Source of the DNA: Patescibacteria group bacterium
Lineage (GTDB): Bacteria; Patescibacteriota; Patescibacteriia; SG8-24; DYFX01
Length of the DNA: 64,000 nt
NCBI GenBank assembly: GCA_030583805.1
Contig: CP129476.1
Span: 245,453-309,452 of the forward strand
Direction of reading: 5' to 3'
Both the position numbers and the translations under genes were made by a program. Positions 9,026 through 18,931 of the stretch are shown piece after piece. The notes beneath the pieces were generated by a model. The model saw only the letters and a program-made list of their open reading frames with translations, was not told the origin of the DNA and made no database searches. Numbering within the stretch: the first letter of the stretch is position 1; every line of letters begins with the position of its first letter.

Positions 9026-9712
9026 TTAGAAGGCGGTCGTTCCGAGTATCATCTGTCTCACATCTGGGGAGACATCTATGCCGACTAATGCTTTGTTCGG
9101 ATAGTGTCCAACGATCAGGTATACGCGATCGAGCGCCGGGACGTGGACCAAGAAATGCTGAAGACGCTTGGTTCCACCGGACGCAGGGTCGGCCATCGGG
9201 TCAAACTGATAGATCGGCATCTCCGCTGTGCCGACGTTCGCGCGCAACGCGCGAACTTCCGCGAGAGTCAGATCGAGGAGAGGAATCTTGGAATCGGATT
9301 CTTTGAACGGGTAAATGAGGGCGACCGGGGTTTCCATCTCTCCCTCGCGAAGCATCTGTACCGTGACCGCTCCCGGCAGGCCTTCGGGCGGAAGATCGCG
9401 AGAACCGATCAAACGCCAGTTGCTCGGATGCGGGACCGACAAACAGAGGTACTGATCGTTCTCCACAATCCATCCGCTCGGCGCATTCGCGTCTTTCGTG
9501 GGAACTTCGCCGCACTTGAACGGGCCTTGAGAGGTTTCGTTCGGCTCTCCGTTCTGGCCGTTGGTCTGAGGCGGCATGTAGGGGTAGTTCGGAACGTACG
9601 GAGCTCCGTTGCTGTTGCGATTCATGAAGAACAGGACGGCAAAAAATGCGACCGCAAGGAGAGCGACGCCAGCGATGCTAAGACGGGTTTTCGGGGAGAG
9701 ATGTTTAAGCAT
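9026..9712 (-). CDS. hypothetical membrane-anchored secreted protein
   Basis: One TM helix (LSIAGVALLAVAFFAVLFFM), then a Pro/Asn-rich linker and a globular domain. The start was chosen at MLKHLSPK. Confidence 0.5.
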   Translation of the reverse strand: MLKHLSPKTRLSIAGVALLAVAFFAVLFFMNRNSNGAPYVPNYPYMPPQTNGQNGEPNETSQGPFKCGEVPTKDANAPSGWIVENDQYLCLSVPHPSNWRLIGSRDLPPEGLPGAVTVQMLREGEMETPVALIYPFKESDSKIPLLDLTLAEVRALRANVGTAEMPIYQFDPMADPASGGTKRLQHFLVHVPALDRVYLIVGHYPNKALVGIDVSPDVRQMILGTTAF

Positions 9713-9768
9713 GGGTGTGACTACTGTTACTACCCCATTATACGCGAGGATGTCAAGTCTGTAATGAG

Positions 9769-10578
9769 TCACTTATTTCCGTAGTTGTTAATCGCATGGG
9801 AGAGCACGGCCCCAATAATATCCCGGTTTCCAGGGACTTTAAATTTTAGGAGGCGTGGTCTCGACTTATTGTTCTCAGAAAAGCGAATGCCGTCTGAATA
9901 AAAGTTCAAGTCCAGTATATTTTCAAGCTTGGAGGCAAAAGATTTCTTTTCCCCTCTGAAGATAGCGCGCCTGCTTGTCAGGATCAGCTCACCCTCACAG
10001 ACATCGACCAATCCGGTTTCGCTTTCGATATGGCCTCGATGTCCGCCGATTCGGAAACTCACTCCCTTCATAACTCTTAGGCTTATACCTTGAGATCCGC
10101 CTTGGTATCTCCTGCGGATCACCTTTTCCTCAACCAGAATGACTGGCTCAGCCCAATAGACTTTTTCGCTCTTAAGCGTAATGAGGTTCATAACCGGGCG
10201 AATCACCGGCATATTCCCCTGCCTGATCTCGTTCAAAAGACGAAGTCGCGCGAGCTCTTTCTTATCGTTATGGATTTCACCGTCACTCAAGCCAAGAAGC
10301 TTCTGAATGGCGTGCAACTCGCTCTCTTCCTCTTTAGTCACCTCATTATCTGATTTTGCAGCTGCAAACGCAGTTGTATAAGCCTCAGCTTTCAAACCTC
10401 TGAAGTCTCCGTCTGTGAGTCCAAACTCGGCTTTCAACTTGTCGAGTTCGGACATTTCTTCGAGAGAAATACTTCCATCAGCCGCCGCTTTTAGAAAAGC
10501 TTTTCTAAAAAACTGTTTATTCAGGCTTTTCTGCTTAGCAGCTTTGTACTTATCTACGAGCGTTTGAAATATACCCAT
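9769..10578 (-). CDS. hypothetical protein (TerB-like acidic repeat N-terminus, bacterial PH-like C-terminus)
   Basis: 269-aa ORF that is clearly more AT-rich than its neighbours. It has repeated SxEExxEL...GLxDG motifs, then a beta-rich C-terminal region. Confidence 0.45.
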   Translation of the reverse strand: MGIFQTLVDKYKAAKQKSLNKQFFRKAFLKAAADGSISLEEMSELDKLKAEFGLTDGDFRGLKAEAYTTAFAAAKSDNEVTKEEESELHAIQKLLGLSDGEIHNDKKELARLRLLNEIRQGNMPVIRPVMNLITLKSEKVYWAEPVILVEEKVIRRRYQGGSQGISLRVMKGVSFRIGGHRGHIESETGLVDVCEGELILTSRRAIFRGEKKSFASKLENILDLNFYSDGIRFSENNKSRPRLLKFKVPGNRDIIGAVLSHAINNYGNK

Positions 10579-10944
10579 ACCATTTTTAGAAGTTCTCGAA
10601 CTTCTGATTCATTAGGGTACGGCTCGAAAAACACAAAGGGTCCCCCGAGCCGACGACAGCACTCTTTCGAGCGCTGCCCCACGCCCTTTCGGAATCGTGG
10701 ACCACAACGACGAAGTGCCGGTCGGGAGACCGTCTCTATGTCGTTGTGGATTTATTTGTGCCATGCCACCGGAAACCGGCGGTTTAGGCATTGTGCGGAC
10801 AGGGGAAATGTAGCTTGAAAGGAGTTGGAAGTAAAGTCTTTTACCTACAGCTTGCCAACGAATCAGGGCACGGGTTTTCAGGGGGGGTGCTTATATAAAA
10901 AAACAGGTTGAGTAATCAACCTGCAAGTAACTAACCGAGTTGTC

Positions 10945-11535
10945 TCACTGACACGTCGTGGTCGGCCAGCCGTTGTTCTGGTTCACCCAGTAGCTGGAGC
11001 CGCCGCAGGCGCCGCCATAGAAGTCGATGCGACTCCCGATGTTGACGTTCTGCCAGAGCTCGAAATGCATGTGCGGACCGGTCGAGTAACCGGAGTTACC
11101 CGACTGGCCGACAGAACCGCCGCACAAGATGCTCTGCGGCCAGACGACCGTCCCGTTCTTCAAGTGCGCGTAGATGCTCACCTTGCCGTCAGACGGATGA
11201 GAGATCCGGACGTGGTTGCCGTAACTGCCGCCGCAGGTCTGGTCAGCGCCGCTGTCAGAGCATCCATCGAGCCTGTAGTACAGGGAACCGGAAGCTCCTG
11301 CGAGCACCGTTGTGCCCATGCTGGATGCGAAGTCCGTACCGTTGTGTCCATCGTAGTAGTAGCCCGTCCCGCAATCGTACCGAGTCATTGCTCCGCTGGC
11401 CGAGTTGTGGTCGTACCAGGAGATGTAGCCCGGATTCGAGCTGAACGGGAGGCGGAACAGCGTTCCGGCGTGAGCTGCGTGAGCCACGAACAGAACCGTG
11501 ATGCAGAGGATCGAAAGGGTGAGATACTTTTTCAT
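10945..11535 (-). CDS. secreted M23-family peptidase
   Basis: Signal peptide (LSILCITVLFVAHAAHA). YDGHNGTD (HxxxD) and GPHMHFELW (HxH) zinc-binding motifs. Confidence 0.8.
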   Translation of the reverse strand: MKKYLTLSILCITVLFVAHAAHAGTLFRLPFSSNPGYISWYDHNSASGAMTRYDCGTGYYYDGHNGTDFASSMGTTVLAGASGSLYYRLDGCSDSGADQTCGGSYGNHVRISHPSDGKVSIYAHLKNGTVVWPQSILCGGSVGQSGNSGYSTGPHMHFELWQNVNIGSRIDFYGGACGGSSYWVNQNNGWPTTTCQ

Positions 11536-11566
11536 TTATCCTTCTCTCTTTCTTGGGTGTGCGGGT

Positions 11567-12373
11567 TCAGCGAACGTTGATGGTGTGCCGGACATCCTTG
11601 CCGTCGACAAGAGTGCGGACAGAGATGCTCTTGTCCGGCACGACCCATTGAGGCGCGTCGCCTTCGGCGATCCGGGTGGCAGAAGCGGAGCTGTCAGTCA
11701 GCGCGAACTTCCAAACTCCGGTCTCGTGGCCGTAGGAAGTGAACACCGTCACTCTGTCGGACGACCACAAAGCCGTAGTGGGGCTGATGGTCGGGATCAT
11801 GCGGCCGTTCCGAACCGCTTCCTCGTCGACATTGGTGAGACGCTTGGTCTCACCTGTCTTGAGATTGACCACCCAGAGAGATGCCACGCGGTTTCCTGAA
11901 GAGTCGTCGTACGGCCGCGTGGAGTTGAAGTAGAGCATGCTCAGGTCGCGAGAGAATCCGACGGGAGCGAAATCATCGCTTCCGCCGTTGGTGACAAGAT
12001 ACTCCCGCCCCGTTTGCAGATCATGGACGGCGATGCCCAGTGCGAACTCGAACAAGCTCTGCTCGGCGCCATCTGCCGAACCATCAGCCAGCTTCTCGTA
12101 TGCGACGAAACGTCCGTCGTGGGAGAAGATGGGCGCGGCGCCATGAACCCCGATCTTCTGCAGAACGGATCCGTTGGGATCGACCAACAGAACCTCGTGG
12201 TTCTTGGTCCAAACCGCCTCCAACGCTCCGTCCGGCGATTGGCTCGCCGTGATCACATCATCGGCAAGCGTGGGTTCCGGAATGGGTGCCGACGTCGTCT
12301 CCAGGGAACAGCCTGCAGAAAATGCCAGAAACACTGTTGCAATCAGACTCACAGCCGTAATACCGATTCTCAT
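11567..12373 (-). CDS. lipoprotein with TolB-like beta-propeller repeats
   Basis: Start taken at MRIGITAV. Lipobox AFSAGCS. Repeated DG/SxDG... beta-propeller-like segments. Confidence 0.55.
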   Translation of the reverse strand: MRIGITAVSLIATVFLAFSAGCSLETTSAPIPEPTLADDVITASQSPDGALEAVWTKNHEVLLVDPNGSVLQKIGVHGAAPIFSHDGRFVAYEKLADGSADGAEQSLFEFALGIAVHDLQTGREYLVTNGGSDDFAPVGFSRDLSMLYFNSTRPYDDSSGNRVASLWVVNLKTGETKRLTNVDEEAVRNGRMIPTISPTTALWSSDRVTVFTSYGHETGVWKFALTDSSASATRIAEGDAPQWVVPDKSISVRTLVDGKDVRHTINVR

Positions 12374-12522
12374 GTATCCTCTCAATCTTTGTTGCCAACG
12401 AACGCGTTGCGCGCCCAACCATTGGACGCGCAACGAACGGCAACCTAGCATTGCCATGCTTTTAGTGTCAAGCGGGCATCTTATTGCTAATTAGGCGAGT
12501 AATCTGTCATAATAAAGGGCAT

Positions 12523-13062
12523 ATGGTAACAAAGAAGGTGAGAACCGTTGGATTGGTTGCGGTTGTGTTGATTGCAGTAATGGCAGCCCTCGTGCTTTTG
12601 AAGACGAAATACGCCCCTTCAGGAGAGATTGCGGTGAACGTGCCTGCCGGATGGTATTTGCATCACACAAAGTCCGGGGGCATCATTTTCACTCGCCAAG
12701 AGAACCTGCCCGATATTGGAGCTACGGAAGGATTCGCCTACGGCGAGCAAATCACCATGGCGGAACTGGTGTTGGACAAGTCCATGGAAGAATGGATCGC
12801 TTCGCGGTTTCCCGAAAATGATCCGCTCTATACCCTGAAGGAGCGCGGTACTCTGAGCGGTCATCCGACACTCAGAGTCGAGCATGAAGCGGGAGCTTCT
12901 GGAAAGGTGCTGGACTACTACCTGTTTTCCGGTGATCGCGCTTACGTTTTTTCGCTCTATCCTCTCGAATCATACGACGCTGCCAGCAAGATCACGGTTC
13001 GCAATACTACGAATGTGTTAGTGCTTGAACAGATTGTGAGTGACTACGCGACAAAATTGTAG
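12523..13062 (+). CDS. hypothetical membrane-anchored protein
   Basis: One N-terminal TM helix (VGLVAVVLIAVMAALVLL). The start is preceded by AAGGGC. Confidence 0.45.
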   Translation: MVTKKVRTVGLVAVVLIAVMAALVLLKTKYAPSGEIAVNVPAGWYLHHTKSGGIIFTRQENLPDIGATEGFAYGEQITMAELVLDKSMEEWIASRFPENDPLYTLKERGTLSGHPTLRVEHEAGASGKVLDYYLFSGDRAYVFSLYPLESYDAASKITVRNTTNVLVLEQIVSDYATKL

Positions 13063-13252
13063 TGAGCGGCTCGTGAGAGCAAAAAACTCCTGACGAGAAC
13101 CCTGGCCATTCGGCTAGGGTTTTTCGAAATACCTCTTGTGTGGGAGACCCGTGGTATGAGGCGTTTTAAGGGCGGCCTAGGCTTTACGGTCAGGGTGCGG
13201 CATTGATGTCCTGAAGGCCCCATTTGAGGGCTGTAAGGGCAAATTTGAGCCT

Positions 13253-14554
13253 ATGGACCCTTCTACCAATGATGCACCCGTCCGATACTGCCTGTACGCC
13301 CGCAAGTCGAGCGAACAAGACGAGCGACAGGCGCTATCCATCGATGCGCAGGCCAAGGAGGTGCGCCAGATCGCGGAGCGGGACGGATTGGAGATCGTCA
13401 TCGAGCGGCATGAGAGTCACTCCGCCAAGGACTCCGGCCAGCGACCGGAATACGCCGCGATGCTCGAGGATCTACGGGCAGGTGCGTGTAACGGCATCCT
13501 GACCTGGGCACCGGACCGTCTGAGCCGTAACGGCGGCGACCTGGGACAGCTTGTCGATCTTATCGATCGTGGCAAGCTCATCGAGATCAGGACGCCGAGC
13601 CAACGCTTCACGAATCTGCCAGGCGACAAGTTCCTCCTGATGATTCTCTGCTCGCAAGCGAAGCTGGAAAACGACAACAAGAGCGTGAACGTAAAGCGTG
13701 GCCTCCGTGCCAAGGTCGAGATGGGTTATCGGCCCAACATGTCCCCTCTTGGCTATCTCCACGACAAGTACGCTCCCAAGGGCGAGCGGCGGGTGTATCT
13801 CGATCCGGAGCGGGCACCTGTAATAAAAGAAGCCTTTGAGAATGTGGCCGAACTTGGCTGGAGCGGACGCGATCTCAAGGAATGGTTCGACAATGAAAAG
13901 CGCTTCAAGACGCGAACCGGAAGGCAGATCACGCTCAGCATGATCTACCGGATGATGAGCAACCCCTATTACACAGGCCGGTTCGAGTTCCCAAGTGGCA
14001 GCGGAAAGTGGTTCCAAGGGAAGTATGAGCCGCTCGTCACCCAGACGATCTTCGACAAGGTGCAGGAGACGATGAAGGGCGTACCCCATGCTCCATATGG
14101 AGCCAAGGAATTCGCCTTCACGCGCTTGATGAAGTGCGGCGAGTGCGGAAGCGGCATCAGTGCCGAGGAGAAGTTCAAGCGCCTAAACAACGGCACGGTC
14201 GCCCGTTATGTCTACTACGGATGTAAGGGGCGGTGGATGAAACAGTGCAAGCAGCTCTATATTCGCGAGGAGAACCTTACTGATCAGCTTTGCAAGATGA
14301 TTGACGAAGTTGAGATCGACAAGATTGCCGCCTCACAAGCAGTGCGCACTGAGATTGAGAAGATGAAAAAGGTGGCGATAATGATCGGCGGGTCTGCCAT
14401 CGTCGACCAACTCACGACCGCCGCAGAGAAGTTCGACGTGCGGGCCTATGGAAAGCACGTCCTCAAGGAGGGTACGCGAGAGGAAAAACGTGATTTGCTC
14501 GACAAGCTGAAGTCGAATTTCGTCTTAAAAGATGGGCGGGTGCTCCTAGGATAA
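13253..14554 (+). CDS. large serine recombinase (serine integrase/resolvase family)
   Basis: Resolvase catalytic N-terminus (YARKSSEQD...LSIDAQ, DRLSRN). Recombinase domain and zinc-ribbon (CGECGSG...YYGCKG) plus a coiled-coil C-terminus. Confidence 0.85.
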   Translation: MDPSTNDAPVRYCLYARKSSEQDERQALSIDAQAKEVRQIAERDGLEIVIERHESHSAKDSGQRPEYAAMLEDLRAGACNGILTWAPDRLSRNGGDLGQLVDLIDRGKLIEIRTPSQRFTNLPGDKFLLMILCSQAKLENDNKSVNVKRGLRAKVEMGYRPNMSPLGYLHDKYAPKGERRVYLDPERAPVIKEAFENVAELGWSGRDLKEWFDNEKRFKTRTGRQITLSMIYRMMSNPYYTGRFEFPSGSGKWFQGKYEPLVTQTIFDKVQETMKGVPHAPYGAKEFAFTRLMKCGECGSGISAEEKFKRLNNGTVARYVYYGCKGRWMKQCKQLYIREENLTDQLCKMIDEVEIDKIAASQAVRTEIEKMKKVAIMIGGSAIVDQLTTAAEKFDVRAYGKHVLKEGTREEKRDLLDKLKSNFVLKDGRVLLG

Positions 14555-14590
14555 AATAGCCCTAGGATTTTAACAACAAACACATACACT

Positions 14591-16528
14591 CTAAGACAAA
14601 GCGACGACGTTTTCGGCTCCAAACCATTCCTTTGCCTTCGCAATTACTCCAACTGACGGAGCGTGGAAAAAGACCGCGAGTTGCTCCTTTGAGCGCGTAC
14701 AGCACACATAGAATATTTTCCGTGTTCGCTCTAAGACGCTCGGAGTTCCAGATTCCAGAAAAAGGTTCTCGAAATTATATTCGTTCCATTTCCCGTTGTC
14801 TAAAATGGTGAATACATAATCGAACTCGGCACCCTTGATCTTGTGTTGTGTGGAGAACGGCGTTTTCCCCTCCAAATAATCGTATAATTTTTGAAATTCG
14901 CTGAACCTAACCGCCTTCACTCGATCATACAAGTACTCGTTTTCAATCTTGAAACGAGTAATACTATCGTCGAGCAGGCAGACGCCCTTTTCGTCAGCCA
15001 GACGGACGATCTCTTCGACGGTCTTCTCGCCGACGCTCGTTAGTTCGGTAATGCTGCCTTGTAAATTTAACTTATCTTCAACACTAGAAATACGGAAGTC
15101 AGTAACTCTGAGAAACTCATTGTATTGCTTGTTCTGATAGAGTGAAATATTGTTTTGGATTTTGAAGAGGTGCCTTATCAGGTTGTCCCTTTTTGAACTC
15201 TTTTTATTCTCGTCGCCCTCATCCTGTTTCTTGTCATCTAACAGCTGATCCTTATCGACATAGACTTTTCTAAAATCGGAAAAAAGATATCTGCGAGCTT
15301 TCTCATACAGTTCGGGGTTTGCAGCAAGGAATTTCCCAATCACGGTAGTCGGTTTAATCTGCAGATTCACTAGGTCGACTACCTCGCCAAAAGTCAGGGT
15401 TTCCGCAACCGCGATATTTTTCTCCTTTATTTCCTTCACTATCTTGCCCTTCAATTCTAAAATTCTTTCTTTATCGTATATATCCATCAGAGTCCTAAAT
15501 CCCGCCTTGTCCGCTATCAAGTTGTGCGTTAAATTCAACTCTTTAGTCTCCTTGGAATCAGAAAAATCCCAGGCGAAGTTGGTTGAAAGATAATCCCGCA
15601 CTCGATTTAGGTCTGGGTCGTCCGAGTAGATAAATTTCACTACGCCCACTTTTACATTTCCGCCAGTCAACATGTTCGGTGCGGTGACGTCCGCCGATGG
15701 CGTTTGCACCAAGCCGTCGGTTCGTAGTCTGTTGGCTAGATCGATTATTGTCTTCGGGTTCCTTCTGTTCTGCTCTTTCTTGATCTCCTTAACCTTATCG
15801 GCGGCGTCACCTTTGTATGCGTCCAAATTTCCGATACCCCCGTCATAGATCGATTGCATCGCGTCTCCAAAAAAGCCGATAACATTTTTCTTGGCACTTT
15901 TCTTGAAATGATCGAGAAAGATACCGATCACGGCCTTGTCAGTGTCCTGATACTCATCGATGAAGATGAATTTGAACTTGTCTTTTACTATGTCACAAAG
16001 CTTAGGATATTTTTCAAACAAGTAATTTGCCACGATGAGCAATTCATCGTGTGAAATAATGCCCTTGCTCAGTTTCAGGTACTCCTTGTACTGAATTCCT
16101 TCTTCACAACTATCAAAAAATCCTTCCGGGACGGGATTGGGCTCATCGACCCGTATTTTTTCCACCAGGTCATCATTGGCCAGAGCAATCAAGGCCAATT
16201 TCAGTTCCTTCTGAAAATGCTTAATGTTATCCCATAAGAAATCGTGGATCGTGGACACGCTGAGATTCTTATGCCCAACTCGGTCGCTGATTTCTTTGAC
16301 CGCAGCATTGGTGAAGGTCATGCATGCAATTTTGGCTGTCGGGTTTTCCGCGATGGACTGCCTGATAGTTTGCACCAAAGAATACGTTTTACCGCTTCCT
16401 GCTCCACCACTGAGAAGGAAATTGCGCCCGGAGTCTATGCACCGGAAGATCTCCTGCACTTCAGGCTCCAGCGTCAATCTTGCTTCAGCCATAGCAGCCC
16501 TTCTTTTATGTATGACGGTATTTGCCAA
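14591..16528 (-). CDS. gajB: UvrD/PcrA-like SF1 helicase (GajB-like)
   Basis: Walker A GGAGSGKTY, motif II FIDEYQDTD, Q-motif and C-terminal helicase motifs. AT-rich. It overlaps the upstream OLD gene. Confidence 0.75.
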   Translation of the reverse strand: MANTVIHKRRAAMAEARLTLEPEVQEIFRCIDSGRNFLLSGGAGSGKTYSLVQTIRQSIAENPTAKIACMTFTNAAVKEISDRVGHKNLSVSTIHDFLWDNIKHFQKELKLALIALANDDLVEKIRVDEPNPVPEGFFDSCEEGIQYKEYLKLSKGIISHDELLIVANYLFEKYPKLCDIVKDKFKFIFIDEYQDTDKAVIGIFLDHFKKSAKKNVIGFFGDAMQSIYDGGIGNLDAYKGDAADKVKEIKKEQNRRNPKTIIDLANRLRTDGLVQTPSADVTAPNMLTGGNVKVGVVKFIYSDDPDLNRVRDYLSTNFAWDFSDSKETKELNLTHNLIADKAGFRTLMDIYDKERILELKGKIVKEIKEKNIAVAETLTFGEVVDLVNLQIKPTTVIGKFLAANPELYEKARRYLFSDFRKVYVDKDQLLDDKKQDEGDENKKSSKRDNLIRHLFKIQNNISLYQNKQYNEFLRVTDFRISSVEDKLNLQGSITELTSVGEKTVEEIVRLADEKGVCLLDDSITRFKIENEYLYDRVKAVRFSEFQKLYDYLEGKTPFSTQHKIKGAEFDYVFTILDNGKWNEYNFENLFLESGTPSVLERTRKIFYVCCTRSKEQLAVFFHAPSVGVIAKAKEWFGAENVVALS

Positions 16529-18576
16529 TTATCGAGTTTCTCGCTGCTGTGAAACAGGATGTCTAATGCAAAGTGCGTCTTTTTCTTTATGCAGTTATCG
16601 GCGAGCGCGTACGCATCTTTGGTAGCATCGTCGAAGTCCTTCTTGTTTTGGAGTCCCTTAAAACTCGCTTTATTGGTCGACACGAAAGCACGATTCAGGT
16701 GGATGAAACTGTCTTCGAAACTCCGGGCGTTGTACCCATTTTCCTCAATTTGGTAAACGACACAGATGTCGCCATTGGGATCCTGAGTCCACGTGTTTGA
16801 TGCCTTTTTAAATTTCTTGCCTGATATCGTAAGGCTCTTCAAAGTTCCCAACGTGGCCGTGCCAAAGAAAAACCTGAGGGCGTCGTTTGAGTAATCGGTA
16901 CCGGCGGCGACCCTGCAAGCCCTGCCGTCCGCACCGATGGAGTCCAAGTCCGTGACGATCAGCGACTTGATTCCAAGGAAATCAATAAATTTCTCGAAAA
17001 TTTGTGAGTACGCGCCGACTTCTATTACGGAGATGTTCTGTGACAACAGAGGGGGGTGAGGGTCTACAGTCTTGGCTGCCATATGTTTTTCAGACTCCTC
17101 GATGTCAACTTTCTTCATGATCGTCGGTACCAAAATCCGCTCGGTGTCGCCCTCGATCAAAACTGCCTTCTCTGCAAAAAACACCTCGGCCCTGCTGATC
17201 GTGAGATACTGTTTCAAAAATTGGTACTGGACCGCTTCGGACGCATATTCTTCTTGCAGATCCTTAAGATTTTTTGCGGCGACGCCATTGGCACCATCTT
17301 TTTTGAGGTATTTGATGTCGTCAAAATCACTATCCGCGACGATGTGCGAGGAGTGTGTGCTGATGATGTATTGCAATTTTCGATCCTCCCCATCCTTTCT
17401 CTTGATACCTTCCTTGAGTAGATCCTTGATGTTCTTGATGAACACGTACTGCATTTGGGGGTGCGTGTGTGCCTCCGGTTCCTCGATAAAAAGCAGGTTG
17501 ATGTCTGCGGGCCTCGACTCCCTTTCTTTCTTGAACTCCTGCAAAAGGATCTCAATCTCAAAGATCATGCTGATCAGGTTCATATAGCCCAGACCGTTGT
17601 AGTGCTCAGGGAGCAGATTGTCCGTGTCATGCCTGTATACGACGGTGGTATTACCTTCAAGCAATCTCTGGTGCTGTAACGTAGAGATAATCTCAATCTC
17701 TGATTCGGAAATTTTGATTCCTCCGAATTTTTTTACTTTCTCTATCGCGCCGCCGAACAGGGTTTTATACACCTCGCTCAAGCTTACATCGGCCTCGCTT
17801 AATTTGCCCTTGAAAACCTCGATGACCTCGTTCTGATCGTCGCTTATCTCTGTCCTGTCGTAAATCTTGGAGGTTTGGGCAGACAGTGTTTTATCTGAGT
17901 CGCTATTAGTGACCTCCCTTTTGGCACTAACGTATTTAAAATTGATTATGTCCTTGATGTTTATTTTTTCCTTGATGAGGTCAATGAAATTTGCCTCGTT
18001 CTCCAGTTTGGTAGTCTTATCAAACCCTATGGTCTTTTTGTTGATTTTAAAATAAATGTGATGGTTTAATTTTAGGAAATCGTATACACGCTTCGGCTGA
18101 TATTTCGCGTCTTTAGCCTTCTTTGCCTCCTCATCCTTTTTAAACACCGCATACTCTCCTTTGACCTTAGTGTAGTCACCAAAGTTTAAGGTGTAATCAA
18201 AGCCGAGGACCACCACATTATTCGCGGGATCCAGATCCATCATCACCCGTTCGACGTTGGACAAATTATCGCCAGCTCCGTACTCGATGAAAATTTTTAG
18301 TTTTATACCCAAGCCGTGGAATTTACTGAAATCGTCTTCCGATAGGTCGTTCGCATCCTCAATCAGAGTCTTTAGTTCCTTTTTGAAGTCGGTATTGAAA
18401 TCGTCAAAAGAAAACCTATGCTTCTCGGACTGGTTGAGGAACTTATCGAGAATGGTCAGTATCGATGTCTTTCCGGTGTTATTCTTTCCGATCACCAGCG
18501 AAAGCTCATCCTCCAGGTCTATGGAGATTTTTTTAAGAAGCCGATAGTTTTCGATCTGTATTTTGAATATTTTCAT
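16474..18576 (-). CDS. gajA: OLD-family ATPase/Toprim endonuclease (class 2 OLD, GajA-like)
   Basis: N-terminal ABC-type ATPase (GKNNTGKTS Walker A; LLFIEEPEAHTHPQMQ Walker B/H-loop). C-terminal Toprim (VLIEGDTERIL, IVTDLDS). Located immediately upstream of a UvrD-like helicase. Confidence 0.8.
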   Translation of the reverse strand: MKIFKIQIENYRLLKKISIDLEDELSLVIGKNNTGKTSILTILDKFLNQSEKHRFSFDDFNTDFKKELKTLIEDANDLSEDDFSKFHGLGIKLKIFIEYGAGDNLSNVERVMMDLDPANNVVVLGFDYTLNFGDYTKVKGEYAVFKKDEEAKKAKDAKYQPKRVYDFLKLNHHIYFKINKKTIGFDKTTKLENEANFIDLIKEKINIKDIINFKYVSAKREVTNSDSDKTLSAQTSKIYDRTEISDDQNEVIEVFKGKLSEADVSLSEVYKTLFGGAIEKVKKFGGIKISESEIEIISTLQHQRLLEGNTTVVYRHDTDNLLPEHYNGLGYMNLISMIFEIEILLQEFKKERESRPADINLLFIEEPEAHTHPQMQYVFIKNIKDLLKEGIKRKDGEDRKLQYIISTHSSHIVADSDFDDIKYLKKDGANGVAAKNLKDLQEEYASEAVQYQFLKQYLTISRAEVFFAEKAVLIEGDTERILVPTIMKKVDIEESEKHMAAKTVDPHPPLLSQNISVIEVGAYSQIFEKFIDFLGIKSLIVTDLDSIGADGRACRVAAGTDYSNDALRFFFGTATLGTLKSLTISGKKFKKASNTWTQDPNGDICVVYQIEENGYNARSFEDSFIHLNRAFVSTNKASFKGLQNKKDFDDATKDAYALADNCIKKKTHFALDILFHSSEKLDNWQIPSYIKEGLLWLKQD

Positions 18577-18697
18577 TGCTTCTCGTCGAGGTTCTTCGGA
18601 TTGATCTTTTGATTTGTGAGCGTTACTTTATCTCATCCATGTCATTTAGTAAATCGGCGCATTTTTGGTATACGAGATGACCAAAGATGCCAAGATC

Positions 18698-18730
18698 ACA
18701 AAAGCCAGCCATTTTCATGGCTGGCTTTTG
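18698..18730 (-). terminator. rho-independent terminator downstream of tRNA-Asn
   Basis: Perfect hairpin AAAGCCAGCCAT-tttc-ATGGCTGGCTTT, followed on the minus strand by a T-run. Confidence 0.5.
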
Positions 18731-18764
18731 ACCAAGCACGTGGGTCGCCCCACACGCTTGCTCA

Positions 18765-18839
18765 TGGCTCCGAGGCTGGGATTCGAACCCAGGACCAATG
18801 GATTAACAGTCCACTGCTCTACCGCTGAGCTACCTCGGA
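18765..18839 (-). tRNA. tRNA-Asn (anticodon GTT)
   Basis: The reverse complement folds as a cloverleaf. Acceptor stem TCCGAGG/CCTCGGA, anticodon loop CTGTTAA, T-loop GGTTCGAATCC, encoded CCA. Confidence 0.85.
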
Positions 18840-18854
18840 AGGTGCCTGGAACGG

Positions 18855-18910
18855 GGATACTATAGCACCGGGCTTAAATATTTCAAGTCCTGGGCGACTG
18901 TGGTAAAATC
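18855..18910. promoter_or_regulatory. overlapping divergent sigma70-like promoters (tRNA-Asn on minus strand; secreted protein gene on plus strand)
   Basis: Minus strand: TTGAAA-16 nt-TATAGT ending about 20 nt before the tRNA 5' end. Plus strand: TTCAAG-16 nt-TGgTAAAAT about 25 nt upstream of the ATG at 18932. Confidence 0.35.
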
Positions 18911-18931
18911 CAATCAAATTCTCGCTATTTT

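Noticed and set aside
14555-14590. Palindromic CCTAGG-containing segment between the recombinase and the helicase, as a possible terminator or att core
   Set aside because: It is too short and weak a hairpin to call a terminator. The att-site idea cannot be tested without the partner site.
18616-18865. Short plus-strand ORFs of 70 and 66 aa
   Set aside because: They overlap the tRNA-Asn gene and its terminator and are not coding.
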